Positions 10,122 through 19,883 of a stretch of DNA of 64,000 bases are shown here, piece after piece. A model generated the notes under the pieces. The model was given only the letters and a program-made list of their open reading frames with translations, had not been told where the DNA came from and ran no database searches. Positions within the stretch are counted from its first letter, which is position 1, and each line of letters opens with the position of its first letter. The position numbers and the translations under genes were made by a program. Origin of the DNA: Rhodospirillales bacterium (GTDB taxonomy: Bacteria > Pseudomonadota > Alphaproteobacteria > Rhodospirillales > UBA2165); the NCBI GenBank assembly GCA_965221855.1, contig CBDCSV010000005.1:355577-419576 (forward strand), written 5' to 3'.

Positions 10122-11401
10122 GGTAACGTCAAGAGTTATGTGTCAGGGAGACTGGGGTACTGATTCCCTGAGACTTGTTTTCGTGAATGAAGACCGCGAA
10201 GAGGATGCGGTCCATTGAGGTTTTATCCTTGAAGGTTCCCATGGGCCGGGTTCGTCTGCGAACCTCGCGGAACCTCCGTTCGATGGCATTGGTGGTCCTG
10301 ACCTGCTTTCGCTCGGCGAGGTCCTTGTAGCGGAAGCAGGTGAGCAGGTCGTCGAGGTCGTTGCGCAGGCAGGCGACGGCCTTGGGGTAGGTATCTTCCC
10401 AGGCGTCGGCGAAGCGGCGGGCGGCGGTCTCGGCCTTGCGGCGGTTGGGGGCATTCATGACGGCGTGGACGTCGGCCTTGACGGCCTGCTGGTCGGCTAC
10501 GCGGACCTTGTTGAGGATGTTCCTGATTTTGTGCGCCCAGCACCTCTGAACGGGGATGCCGTGATAGACGATCGGCAAGGCGGCGAGCAGGCCTTGGCCG
10601 CCATCAACGCAGATCATCTCAAGGCCCTCGCCGGTGAGGCCGCGGCGGTGCAACGCGGTGAGGAAGCGCTCCCACTCCGCGGCGCTCTCGCTGGCGGCGA
10701 GTTGGAAGTCGATAATCTCCTTCTTGCCGTCGTGCCGTATGCCCAGCGCCACCAGGACCGGCCTCCTGAGCGCGCCGGCGCCGGTCTTGCAGGCCAGCAC
10801 CACGCCGTCGAGCATCAGCGCCTTGTAGGCGTTCTTCAGCGGCCGGCGGTGGAATGCGGCGACCGACAGATCGAGGGTCTTGGCGACCCGGCTCACCGTC
10901 GCGGCCGAGACCGGACGCCCGAGCAGGGCAAGCAGGACCTCGCCGACCTTGCGGGTCGAGAGCCCCAGCACGAAGCCGGCCAGGATGGCGCGGTCGATCT
11001 CTGGAGCGCGCCTTGCGTAGCTCTTCAGAACCTCGGTCGGGCAGAAGTGCCGGGTGCGCGGCACGTTGAGCTCGATGTCGCCGAGCTCGCTGAGCAGGCG
11101 GCGCCGGTAGGTGCCGTTGCGCCGGTCGCGCATAGCGCTGCCATCGAGGCCGTCGAGCCAGCGATCCACCGCCTCGGCCATCCGGCCCTCGATGATCTCG
11201 GCCAGCGCCTGGCGGCCAAGCGGGCGATAACCCTCGCCCCAGTCCAATCCGCCTGCTTGCATCTCCTTCACCACCTCAAAGGCTTGTGGTAGGTTCTCAA
11301 TCGTTACAGCTTGCTGTGGCATCGGGGTGCTCCTTCTTGCGGTTGTCGTAAACCACAGGGAGTACCCCATTCCCAACTGACACATAAATTTTTACGTCAC
11401 C
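10122..11401 (-). mobile_element. IS256-family insertion sequence with 8-bp target duplication
   Basis: Imperfect IR GGTAACGTCAAGAGTTATGTGTCAG / GGTGACGTAAAAATTTATGTGTCAG; DR CCGCGCCT at 10114-10121 and 11402-11409. Confidence 0.95.
10129..11322 (-). CDS. IS256-family (mutator) transposase
   Basis: RNGTYRRRL, VPRTR, GLSTRKV, LMLDG, CVDGGQG, QRCWAHK, TTNAIER motifs; ATG 11322 behind an AGGAG RBS. Confidence 0.93.
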   Translation of the reverse strand: MPQQAVTIENLPQAFEVVKEMQAGGLDWGEGYRPLGRQALAEIIEGRMAEAVDRWLDGLDGSAMRDRRNGTYRRRLLSELGDIELNVPRTRHFCPTEVLKSYARRAPEIDRAILAGFVLGLSTRKVGEVLLALLGRPVSAATVSRVAKTLDLSVAAFHRRPLKNAYKALMLDGVVLACKTGAGALRRPVLVALGIRHDGKKEIIDFQLAASESAAEWERFLTALHRRGLTGEGLEMICVDGGQGLLAALPIVYHGIPVQRCWAHKIRNILNKVRVADQQAVKADVHAVMNAPNRRKAETAARRFADAWEDTYPKAVACLRNDLDDLLTCFRYKDLAERKQVRTTNAIERRFREVRRRTRPMGTFKDKTSMDRILFAVFIHENKSQGISTPVSLTHNS

Positions 11402-11419
11402 CCGCGCCTCACCCTTGGT

Positions 11420-12043
11420 TCAGGAATTCCTGATCCAGTTTCGGCACTCCTCGATCAGGCTGGTTTCGCCCTCGGTTCGCGCCAATACGACGTCCTCGAC
11501 GGGCTTCCTGCCGGTGAGCGAAAGCCGCCAAGCCAGAAACCTGATCTGATGGGGATGGGAATCCAGAATTGCGGCGTCAAAATAGCCGTCCGGCAGCTGA
11601 CCGGCGATGACCGGGTCAAGGCGGTCTTTCTCGTAAACCATCGTTCGCTTGAATATCCGCCACACGCCGTCTTCCCGGCGCTCGAACAGATCGTGAAACT
11701 GGCCCCAAAATTCCCAATCGAACAAAATGCCGTCCGCGGACAGCCGCGAGATCAAATTCACATGACACCTGCCGTAGGCGCGATTTGCGTTGAGCGTAAC
11801 CTGGCCGCCGCCGATGAAGTGTTTACTCGACTCACCCTCTTTCCACTCGGCGAGCATATCCGCCGACCGCCGGACGAATTCCTCGGCGGTATCGGAAATC
11901 CAGGCAATGTGAATTGTCGCATCGGGCTGGAAGCAGGCCCTGAGCGTATCCCATTCGCCCCGGTCCCGGGCCTGGCCCCAGGTCAGCAGAACGTCGTTGA
12001 TTTCGGCCTTGTCCAACAAGGCATCCCTGGATGATGCGGCCAC
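11420..12043 (-). CDS. SnoaL/NTF2-like family protein
   Basis: DKAEINDVLLTWGQARDRGEW..LRACF..DA; G.FHDLFERR.DG.WRI..R..VYEKD. Confidence 0.8.
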   Translation of the reverse strand: MAASSRDALLDKAEINDVLLTWGQARDRGEWDTLRACFQPDATIHIAWISDTAEEFVRRSADMLAEWKEGESSKHFIGGGQVTLNANRAYGRCHVNLISRLSADGILFDWEFWGQFHDLFERREDGVWRIFKRTMVYEKDRLDPVIAGQLPDGYFDAAILDSHPHQIRFLAWRLSLTGRKPVEDVVLARTEGETSLIEECRNWIRNS

Positions 12044-12182
12044 CCCCGGGCCCCCCGATGAGGAATCGCTGATTTGACGGAGTCCAGCCTATACGATCGG
12101 TGAATTCGTTGCGACATGCCATTGACCTGTCAAGCGGCGGAACGGCGTAGGGCGCTATCGGGGACCGCCGCTACTTTCTGAA

Positions 12183-12668
12183 TCAGGAGCTGGAGTTCTC
12201 GGCGATGGGGAGCGCCCGGCTGCGGCGGATTTCCTCCAGCACCACATAGGATTTGACGCTGCCGATCCCCGGAAGGGGAATGAGTTCGTTCATCAGAAAC
12301 TCGGAAAATGCCTTAAGGGTGGGCATGGCCACCCGGAGCAGATAATCCGTGTCTCCGGCCAGCGAATAGCACTCGGTTACCTCCGCTAAGTTTTCCACGG
12401 CCTCGACGAATGCGACCGCCGGGTTTTCTCCGTGCGCGCTCAAGGAGACATGGATGAACGCCGAGATGTCCAGGCCCACGGCTGCCGGGTCGACCTCGGC
12501 CCGGTACCCGTTGATGATACCCTCGGCTTCCAGGCGCTTCACACGGCGGTGGCATTGGGACGCGGACAGGAACGCAATCTCGGCCAGCTCCGCATTCGAG
12601 GCCCGTCCATGGGTTTGCAAATGGTTGAGTATGCGGACATCGGCGGCATCCAGCGGCATTCCCTGCAT
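12183..12668 (-). CDS. Lrp/AsnC-family transcriptional regulator
   Basis: LDAADVRILNHLQ..GRASNAELA, CHRRVKRLE..GII.GY, ECYSLAGDTDYLL; start 12668 or 12659. Confidence 0.92.
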   Translation of the reverse strand: MQGMPLDAADVRILNHLQTHGRASNAELAEIAFLSASQCHRRVKRLEAEGIINGYRAEVDPAAVGLDISAFIHVSLSAHGENPAVAFVEAVENLAEVTECYSLAGDTDYLLRVAMPTLKAFSEFLMNELIPLPGIGSVKSYVVLEEIRRSRALPIAENSSS

Positions 12669-12788
12669 GATCCTTGCCTCTGTTGTGGACTTGGCCGCCG
12701 ATTTTCGCATATTCCGCGAATATACGGGAGTCCATTGCAATTCCAGACATGAACCTTGCCGTGGAGTCGAAAAAGCGAACCGGCCGGA

Positions 12789-13595
12789 TCAGGTTTCAAC
12801 CGCGGCGACGATCTCGCGCGCGGCTTCCTGAAGGGCTGCCAGATGCTCGGCGGCGAACGCCTCGACGGTGAACGCCTTGCGCGGCCAGACCATGGACACG
12901 GTCCCATGCACCCGGCTCTCGCCGGCCAGCGGCACGGCCATGGCTTCCAACCCGTCGTCATACGCGCCGCGCAGTTGTCCCTGCCCGCCGCCGAAGGCAG
13001 GGTCGCGCACCGCGTATCCCGCCTCGCGGACGGCATCCAGGGTCGCTTGAAACTCCCGGCCGCCGCCGATCCGGCGGTTGAGAGGATCGGCGGATTTCTT
13101 GAGACGGGCGATGATGTCCCGCCGTTCGTCCTCCGGGCAGAAGGCCAGATAGGCCCGGCCCACGGAAGACAGGCTCATGCAGATTTCGTATCCCAGCCGG
13201 TCCCGGTTGAGCATGATCGGTGAAGTGGGCCGGCTGGTCTCCTTGAGAATCATGCTTTCGCGGCGCTCCGGTTCGAGGACCGCGAGATCGGACGGCCAGG
13301 TCAGCCGCCGGCACAGGGCATCGATGACCGGCGCGGCGATATCCGCCAGGCGGTCGCTTTCGTCTCCGCCGCCCGCCAGCCGCTGAAGCCGGTAGGTCGC
13401 GCGATATAACCCGTCGCCGATGGATCGCCGGACCACGCCGGCGGTTTCAAGGGTGTGGAGTATTCTGATCAGCGTCGGGCGCGGCAGCCCGGTCGCCTCG
13501 TAGAGGTCCTTGAGGGACGCGGCGCGCCGGTCCTGAAGCGCCTCCATTACCTCGAGGCCGCGCTCCAGCGCCCGGATGCGTTTTGTTTCCGACAT
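12789..13595 (-). CDS. IclR-family regulator (MhpR-like)
   Basis: IRALERGLEVMEAL, TGLPRPTLIRILHTL, WPSDLA, SSVGRAYLAF. Confidence 0.9.
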   Translation of the reverse strand: MSETKRIRALERGLEVMEALQDRRAASLKDLYEATGLPRPTLIRILHTLETAGVVRRSIGDGLYRATYRLQRLAGGGDESDRLADIAAPVIDALCRRLTWPSDLAVLEPERRESMILKETSRPTSPIMLNRDRLGYEICMSLSSVGRAYLAFCPEDERRDIIARLKKSADPLNRRIGGGREFQATLDAVREAGYAVRDPAFGGGQGQLRGAYDDGLEAMAVPLAGESRVHGTVSMVWPRKAFTVEAFAAEHLAALQEAAREIVAAVET

Positions 13596-13654
13596 TTCGC
13601 GTTTTCCGCCCGGCGGAATGATAGCGGGCAGGGCCCGGGCGGTCCAATGGCCGG

Positions 13655-14401
13655 CTACCAGGCGGTCCAGCCGCCGTCGACCCGGATCGAGGTGCCGGTC
13701 ACCATGGCGGCGGCGGGCGAGCAGAGGTAGAGAACCGCGCCGGCCACGTCCGAGAGGTCCGCCAGCCTGCCGGTCGCGATGTTGTTGAGCACGGTGGCCT
13801 TGAACTCCGGGTTCTCGAACATGGGCCGGGTCATGGGCGTATCGACGAAGGTCGCGGCGACGGTATTGGCGCGAATGCCTTCGGGCGCGACTTCCACGCC
13901 GAGGGCCTTAGTGAATCCCTCGACCCCATGCTTGGTGGCGCAGTAGAGGGTGCGGTTGGGCGCGCCGACATGTCCCATCTGGGACGAGATATTGACGATC
14001 GAGCCGTACCCGCTCCGGCGCATCACCCGGACGGCGCTCTGGCAGGTGCGGATCACGGATGTCAGGTTGAGTCCAGTCATCCATTGAAGCGTTTCGGCGG
14101 TGATTTCGGTGACCGGCTCCGGCTTGTTGCCGCCCGCCGATGTGACGGCGATATCCAGCTTCTCCAGACCTTCGATCCTGCGGTAGAGGCCGTCGGCGAG
14201 AACATCCTCGGCCCAGTAGCTGATCCGGTCCGGATTTTCCGCCTGAAGGCTCTTGAGATCCTCTTCGGTTCGCGAGACGCCGATCACATCCGCGCCCGCC
14301 TCGGCCAGCGCCAGGGCGCTCGCCCGGCCGAGGCCCTTGCCGGCGCCGGTCACCAGGGCCGTCCGGCCCGATAGGTCCACCGAGAGTCCCGCCTCGCTCA
14401 T
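13655..14401 (-). CDS. Short-chain dehydrogenase, HpsO-like
   Basis: TGAGKGLG, SSQMGHVG, YCATKHGVEG, VDGGWTA motifs, recalled as shared with DHPS dehydrogenase HpsO. Confidence 0.85.
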   Translation of the reverse strand: MSEAGLSVDLSGRTALVTGAGKGLGRASALALAEAGADVIGVSRTEEDLKSLQAENPDRISYWAEDVLADGLYRRIEGLEKLDIAVTSAGGNKPEPVTEITAETLQWMTGLNLTSVIRTCQSAVRVMRRSGYGSIVNISSQMGHVGAPNRTLYCATKHGVEGFTKALGVEVAPEGIRANTVAATFVDTPMTRPMFENPEFKATVLNNIATGRLADLSDVAGAVLYLCSPAAAMVTGTSIRVDGGWTAW

Positions 14402-14489
14402 ACCCGTTCTCCCTGTTCGCGCCTTTATGTCCGGATTGGCATCCCGTAAAGTCCAGCGACATTAAAGCCACCGATCCAGGGAGACCACA

Positions 14490-15776
14490 ATGGCCCGCTA
14501 TCTCAAGGAAGGCATCACCGCCGAAGAGGCCAAGGAACAGGACGCCAAGGTTCGCAAAATCGTCGAGGATATTCTCGCCGATATCGAAGCCCGCGGCATG
14601 GATGCCGTTCGGGAGTATGCCGAAAAATTCGATGACTATGCGCCCGATGACTTCCGGATGAGCCGGGCCGGCATCGACGCCTGCTACGATCAGGTGACCG
14701 AGCAAAACATCGAGGACATCAAGTTCGCCCAGGCGCAAATCCGCAACTTCGCCGAAATTCAGAAGGCCGCCCTGGTCGATGTGGAGGAAGAGACCTATCC
14801 CGGCGTCGTCCTGGGCCACAGGAACGTGCCGGTAAACGCGGTCGGCTGTTACGTGCCGGGGGGACGGTATCCCATGGTGGCCTCGGCGCACATGTCGGTG
14901 GTGACCGCCAATGTGGCGGGCGTGAAGCGCATCGCCGCCTGCGCGCCGCCCTTCGAAGGGAAGCCGTCGCCCGCCATCGTCGTCGCCCAGGACCTCGCGG
15001 GCGCCGATGAAATCTATTGCCTCGGCGGCGTGCAGGCCATGGGCGCCATGGCCCTCGGCGCGGGCGATATCCAGCCGGTCGACATGCTGGTCGGGCCGGG
15101 GAACGCCTATGTCGCCGAGGCCAAGCGCCAGCTCTTCGGCCGCGTCGGCATCGATCTGCTCGCCGGCCCGACGGAGACCCTGGTGATCGCCGACGAGACG
15201 GTGGACGGCGAGTTGTGCGCCACGGACCTGCTGGGCCAGGCGGAGCACGGCCCCACCTCGCCGGCCGTCCTGATCACGAATTCCGAGGCGCTGGCCCGCG
15301 ACACCATGGCCGAGATCGAACGCCAGTTGAAAATCCTGCCGACCGGCGAGACCGCGGGCGCCGCGTGGCGCGACTACGGTCAGGTGATCGTCTGCGACGG
15401 CTACGACGAGATGGTCCGGGTGGCAGACGACATCGCCTCGGAGCACGTTCAGGTCATGACCAGAGATCCGCAGTATTTCCTCGACAACCTGACCAATTAC
15501 GGCGCGCTGTTTCTCGGGCCCGAGACCAATGTTTCCTACGGCGACAAGGTGATCGGCACGAATCACACCCTGCCGACCAAGCGGGCGGGGCGCTACACCG
15601 GCGGCCTGTGGGTGGGCAAGTTCATCAAGACCCACACCTACCAGCGGGTTACCGAGGAAGCCTCGGTGGAAATCGGCAAGTACTGCTCGCGGCTCTGCGC
15701 GCTCGAAGGCTTCGCCGGCCACAAGGAGCAGGCCGACATCCGCCTTCGCCGCTACGCGGGCATCAACGAGGGGTGA
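14490..15776 (+). CDS. Histidinol-dehydrogenase paralog, HpsN (sulfopropanediol 3-dehydrogenase)-like
   Basis: [37 protein letters not shown] and AEHG rather than the GDY and AEHD of biosynthetic HisD; no his genes nearby. Confidence 0.85.
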   Translation: MARYLKEGITAEEAKEQDAKVRKIVEDILADIEARGMDAVREYAEKFDDYAPDDFRMSRAGIDACYDQVTEQNIEDIKFAQAQIRNFAEIQKAALVDVEEETYPGVVLGHRNVPVNAVGCYVPGGRYPMVASAHMSVVTANVAGVKRIAACAPPFEGKPSPAIVVAQDLAGADEIYCLGGVQAMGAMALGAGDIQPVDMLVGPGNAYVAEAKRQLFGRVGIDLLAGPTETLVIADETVDGELCATDLLGQAEHGPTSPAVLITNSEALARDTMAEIERQLKILPTGETAGAAWRDYGQVIVCDGYDEMVRVADDIASEHVQVMTRDPQYFLDNLTNYGALFLGPETNVSYGDKVIGTNHTLPTKRAGRYTGGLWVGKFIKTHTYQRVTEEASVEIGKYCSRLCALEGFAGHKEQADIRLRRYAGINEG

Positions 15777-15858
15777 CCAGGGCCCTCGTTGAATTCATGG
15801 AACCTGAATAACATGCCGGGCTCGCGGCGATGGACGGCGAGATCGAGCCGCTTGTCCG

Positions 15859-16635
15859 CTAGATCGGAAGCGCATCCCTGACTTCCGGCCACGCCTTCTC
15901 GCCGGCGGCCCGATGCTGGGGCCCCTCGGGATTGGGCGTGTCGGCGAGGCACGCGCCGTAGGACGGGCGGGCGCGAATTCGCTCCCACCAATCCGCGACT
16001 CCCGGGCGATTTTCCCACATGCCGCCGAACGCCAGTTCGTGCAGGCGCTCGACCAGGGGCGACATGGCCGTGTCGGCGAGAGAATACCCGTCGCCGGCCA
16101 GCCATTTGTTTTTCCCGAGCGCGCTCTCCATGTCCGTGAGCATCCTGGTCAGGCCTTCGGCCGCCAGCGGGAAATACGGGCTGTCATAGCCTTGTTCGAT
16201 GATCGCCCGGCGGCGCGCCCGGTTCTCGGGCCTGGGAATCCCCTCGATATGGGCTTCCAGCTCTTCCGGGGTCTTTTCCAGGAGTTTCGGCCGCATGGAG
16301 ACCGTGTAGGTGAACGTGCCGATAAACGGCAGGCATTCGTCGGCCCGCTTCATCCACCACCAGGCGCGCGCCGTTCCGAGCGGTCCGTCGATTTTCAGCG
16401 GCGGGCCGTCGAAGGCATCGTCGACATAGTTCAGTATCACCGAGCTTTCGAGGATGATCTCGCCGTCATGGATCAGGGTCGGCACCACGCCCTGCGGGTT
16501 GAGCCTGCGATATGCCTCGGTGCGGAGGTAATCCCTGGTAACGGCGCGTCCGTCGTAATCCAGCTGCTTTTCCGCAAGCGCCAGGCGGGCCTTCAGCCCG
16601 CAGGTCGCGCCATGAAAGAAATATAACTCCAGCAT
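15859..16635 (-). CDS. Glutathione S-transferase family protein (LigF/PcpC-like)
   Basis: ATG 16635; ATCGLKARLALAEK, NPQGVVPTL, ESSVILNYVDD, YSLAD. Confidence 0.9.
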   Translation of the reverse strand: MLELYFFHGATCGLKARLALAEKQLDYDGRAVTRDYLRTEAYRRLNPQGVVPTLIHDGEIILESSVILNYVDDAFDGPPLKIDGPLGTARAWWWMKRADECLPFIGTFTYTVSMRPKLLEKTPEELEAHIEGIPRPENRARRRAIIEQGYDSPYFPLAAEGLTRMLTDMESALGKNKWLAGDGYSLADTAMSPLVERLHELAFGGMWENRPGVADWWERIRARPSYGACLADTPNPEGPQHRAAGEKAWPEVRDALPI

Positions 16636-16652
16636 GCTTGCCCGCCCTGCGC

Positions 16653-17168
16653 TCAGCCTTCGCCCGGCAAATGCCAGGTGTCGTACCGGATCGCGTCGAT
16701 ATCGATGGCGTTGCCGTGACCCTGCGCCGGTCCGCGGGGCAGGTTTGGCGCATCCTCGTATCCCTCCTGGCAGTATAGCTCGATGACGTTGCCCGAGGGA
16801 TCCCTGAAGAACATCAGGGCCTCGACGCCCGCGCGCGTCCAATAGGGCGTTGACGGTATGCCGCAGGCCGCCAGCCACTCCTTGGTATGCACCAGCGTCT
16901 CCGCGTCGCAATCGAAGCCGATATGCGGGTATTCGTTTCCCGGCTCCATGAAGGTGGCGCCGACGGACCCGATGCCGATATGGGCGCCGTTTATGTCGAA
17001 CAGGACAAACGCCGGTTCCTCGACGATTATTTCGCCGCCGAGGACACCCATGTAGAACTTCTTGCCTTCTTCGAGGTCCCGGCACGGGAAACTCACGTGA
17101 TCGAGCGATTTGAAGACGGGCGGACCCAATTCCGCGGCCGCGCGTGTCGATGTCGGTGTTCCATCCAT
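16653..17168 (-). CDS. VOC/glyoxalase family protein
   Basis: LDHVSFPCRDLEEGKKFY, PHIGF, FFRDPSGNVIEL. Confidence 0.88.
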   Translation of the reverse strand: MDGTPTSTRAAAELGPPVFKSLDHVSFPCRDLEEGKKFYMGVLGGEIIVEEPAFVLFDINGAHIGIGSVGATFMEPGNEYPHIGFDCDAETLVHTKEWLAACGIPSTPYWTRAGVEALMFFRDPSGNVIELYCQEGYEDAPNLPRGPAQGHGNAIDIDAIRYDTWHLPGEG

Positions 17169-17302
17169 GGCTCACATCCCTGTCGTACCGGCATGGATGC
17201 GCATGGTAGCACCGGACAACGGATTGACGAGCCTGTTTTCGTCCGCCGTCTTTTGTTCCTGTTCGGCGAAGTCTAGTCTTCCTCGGGGTTGATTTCGGAG
17301 GA

Positions 17303-18286
17303 ATGATGAACAGGACCGTATTGGGCCGCACGGGGCTGGAGGTCAGTGTCGCCGGACTGGGCGCCGGAGGCGGCGCCAAGCTCGGCCTTCAGGACGGCGC
17401 GACAAATGCCGAGGCGGAGCGGCTGGTGAGCCTGGCTCTGGATCTCGGCATCAATTTCTTCGATACGGCGAAGGTCTACCGGACCGAGCCGGTCATCGGC
17501 GGCGCTCTCAGGAACGTCCCGCGGGACCAATTCGTTGTTTCGACCAAGCATCACGTTGCCCGCCGCGGCAATGACCCGTTCACGGCCGAGCAGGTCGTTG
17601 CCGGCCTGGACGATTCGCTGCGGGTCATGGGTCTCGACCATGTCGATGTTTTTCAAATGCACGGCATTTTCCCCGGCAACTACGGCCACGCCGTGGAGGT
17701 CGTCCTGCCGGCTCTGAAACGGGAACAGGAGAAGGGGAAGTTCCGGTTCCTGGGCGCGACGGAGTTCGCCCAAGGCGATCACGGGCATGCGGCTCTGGCC
17801 CGCGCCGTTGACGAGGACTGGCTCGACGTCGCCATGCTGGCGTTTTCGATAATCAACCAAGGCGCGCGGGAAACCCTCTTCCCCAAGACTTTGGAGAAGA
17901 ATATCGGAACCTTGCTGATGTTCGTTTCACGCAACCTTTTCGGTTTCCCTGAACGGCTGGCCGCCAAGCTCAGGGAACTCGCCGACGAGGGATCGGTGCC
18001 GGCGTGGGTCGCCGATGACGATGAACCGCTCGAGTTTCTCATCCGGGAGGGGGGCGCGAGCACGCTGGCCGACGCCGCGTACCGCTATGCCCGCGACGAG
18101 CCCGGCGCCGACGTCGTGCTGTTCGGCACCGGCAATCCCGACCATTTGAAACAAAATGTCGCCAGCCTGGAAAAGCCGCCGCTGCCTGAATCGGACCGGG
18201 CCAGGATCAACGAGTTGTTCGGCGCGCTTGTCGGCGTGGGGATCGAACCAGGCATGTCCCGCGGCGGAAAGACGGAAGGGGGATGA
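17303..18286 (+). CDS. Aldo/keto reductase
   Basis: LGRTGLEVSVAGLG, GINFFDTA..Y, STK, DDSLR.MG.DHVD. Confidence 0.9.
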   Translation: MMNRTVLGRTGLEVSVAGLGAGGGAKLGLQDGATNAEAERLVSLALDLGINFFDTAKVYRTEPVIGGALRNVPRDQFVVSTKHHVARRGNDPFTAEQVVAGLDDSLRVMGLDHVDVFQMHGIFPGNYGHAVEVVLPALKREQEKGKFRFLGATEFAQGDHGHAALARAVDEDWLDVAMLAFSIINQGARETLFPKTLEKNIGTLLMFVSRNLFGFPERLAAKLRELADEGSVPAWVADDDEPLEFLIREGGASTLADAAYRYARDEPGADVVLFGTGNPDHLKQNVASLEKPPLPESDRARINELFGALVGVGIEPGMSRGGKTEGG

Positions 18287-18287
18287 G

Positions 18288-18333
18288 TTGGACTATACGA
18301 CCTTGGGCCGGACGGGCCAACCGGTATTGGGAC
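18288..18333 (+). pseudogene. 5' stub of a second aldo/keto reductase cut by ISAs1
   Basis: TTG start just after the AKR stop; MDYTTLGRTG parallels MNRTVLGRTG; interrupted by the IR at 18334. Confidence 0.6.
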
Positions 18334-19548
18334 CAGGGCAATCGCATTTGATTTGGTTCGTGAACGGAATGGCTTCGTAAACGGAATGGAAATGAGTATC
18401 GCTGCTGCTGGAGCTTCTTTGACGTTTGATGGAGGTTTCGGTGGAGAGATTTCGGGAGAGTTTTTCGGGTCTTGATGATCCGCGCACGGGCAACGCGTTG
18501 CGTCATGATCTTCTTGAGATGCTGTTCATGGCGCTGTGCGCGGCGCTGTGTGGAAGCACGTCGTGCGTTGACATGGCGGACTTCGCCGAGGCCAAGGAAG
18601 AGGTGCTGCGCGAGTTCCTGACCCTGCCCGCTGGCCCGCCCAGCCACGACACCTTCTCGCGGCTGTTCCGGTTGTTGGACCCGCGGGCCTTTCATGCCGC
18701 CTTCCAGCGCTTCATGTCCGATTTCGCGACCGCCCGGGCGGAGGTTGTTGCGATTGATGGCAAGAGCCTGAGGCGCTCCTTCGATCGGGCCTCCGGAACC
18801 TCGCCGCTCCACCTGGTCAGCGCCTGGGCCGCCGATCAGCGGCTGGTTCTAGGCCAGATGAACGTGGGCGCGAGCAACGAGATCACCGCCGTGCCGGCCT
18901 TGCTCAAGCTGCTCAGCCTCGAAGGCGCGGTGATGACCATGGACGCCATGCACTGCCAGAGCGGCACGGCCCGCGACATCCACGAGGCCGGCGCCGATTA
19001 CCTGATGGCGCTGAAGGCCAACCAGCCCGACCTTCTCGCCGACGTCAAACTGCTGCTGGACGATCCCCAGGCGCCCGCCGACGGCGTGGACCAGACGGTG
19101 GACGCCGGCCACGGCCGCATCGAAACCCGCCGCGCCGAGGTGCTGCACGATATGGACTGGCTCGCCGAAGCCCACCGGTGGCCGGCCCTGGCCGCTGTCG
19201 GCAAGGTCACCTCCAGCCGCGAGACCGACGGCCGGGCCACGACAGCGGTGCGCTACTTCATCGCCTCCTGGCCGCTCACCGCCGACGAACTGAACCGCCT
19301 CGTCCGCGGACACTGGGGGATCGAGAACCAACTCCATTGGGTGCTCGATGTGGTCATGGACGAAGATCAGGCCCGAGCCCGCAAGGACAACGCCCCGGAA
19401 AACCTCGCTCTCCTCAGACGCCTCGCCCTCAACGTCATCAAACGCAACAAGGACAAGGGATCAAACCGTCTCAAGTTCAATCGCGCCGGGTGGAGCGACA
19501 ACTTCCTCCGAAAACTCATCGCCGAAATAGGCTAATGCGATTGCCCTG
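18334..19548 (+). mobile_element. ISAs1-family insertion sequence, copy 2 (transposase 18426-19535)
   Basis: Same IR and identical 369-aa translation as copy 1; no exact target duplication. Confidence 0.95.
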
Positions 19549-19790
19549 CCGCTACTGGGCCCGGCCACGGTCGCGACGTTCGCCGCAAAGTAGACTAGAA
19601 AAGCAAGCACGATGACGGCGATCAACCCAATCCGTTCGGGTGTCGGCGCCAAGTTTGCGACGAAGACATTCGCCAGCGAGCCAATTCCAAACGTCTCATA
19701 GACGATATCGGCGAGGACACCGATACCGGCGGCGAGGCTGCGAAAATCAGCGAGCTTGAGTCGACAAATCCTGATCGTTAACCAATTCCT
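19549..19790 (-). pseudogene. Hydrophobic membrane-protein fragment truncated by ISAs1
   Basis: Open minus frame ...GIGSLANVFVANLAPTPERIGLIAVIVLAFLVYFAANVA running into the IS end; no ATG. Confidence 0.25.
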
Positions 19791-19849
19791 GACCCACCCC
19801 TGTTGCGGGCAGCCGCCGCAGCAGGCATCAGAAAAGCCTTAAGCGTGCC

Positions 19850-19876
19850 GACGACAATGTCGAGCGGCCAGGATCA
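19850..19876 (-). promoter_or_regulatory. Weaker candidate RpoE promoter (TGATCC-N17-CGTC)
   Basis: GGATCA at 19871-19876 and GACG at 19850-19853; both spacing and -10 deviate from the other three sites. Confidence 0.3.
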
Positions 19877-19883
19877 ATCGGGG

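Noticed and set aside
10104-10132. Outward-facing TTGACG -35 in the IS256 end forming a hybrid promoter for the kinase
   Set aside because: No acceptable -10 hexamer at the 17-bp spacing (TCTGTG).
12122-12133. TTGAC-CT-GTCAA palindrome as an FNR box
   Set aside because: The spacer is 2 nt rather than 4; a single short palindrome is not enough to call a site.
14490-15776. Annotation as biosynthetic hisD
   Set aside because: Motif variants (GDK, AEHG) and catabolic context point to the HpsN-like clade.
18321-19561. CCGGTATTGGGAC / CCGCTACTGGGCC flanks as an ISAs1 target duplication
   Set aside because: Only 10 of 13 positions match around an otherwise young element, and the flanks belong to different genes.
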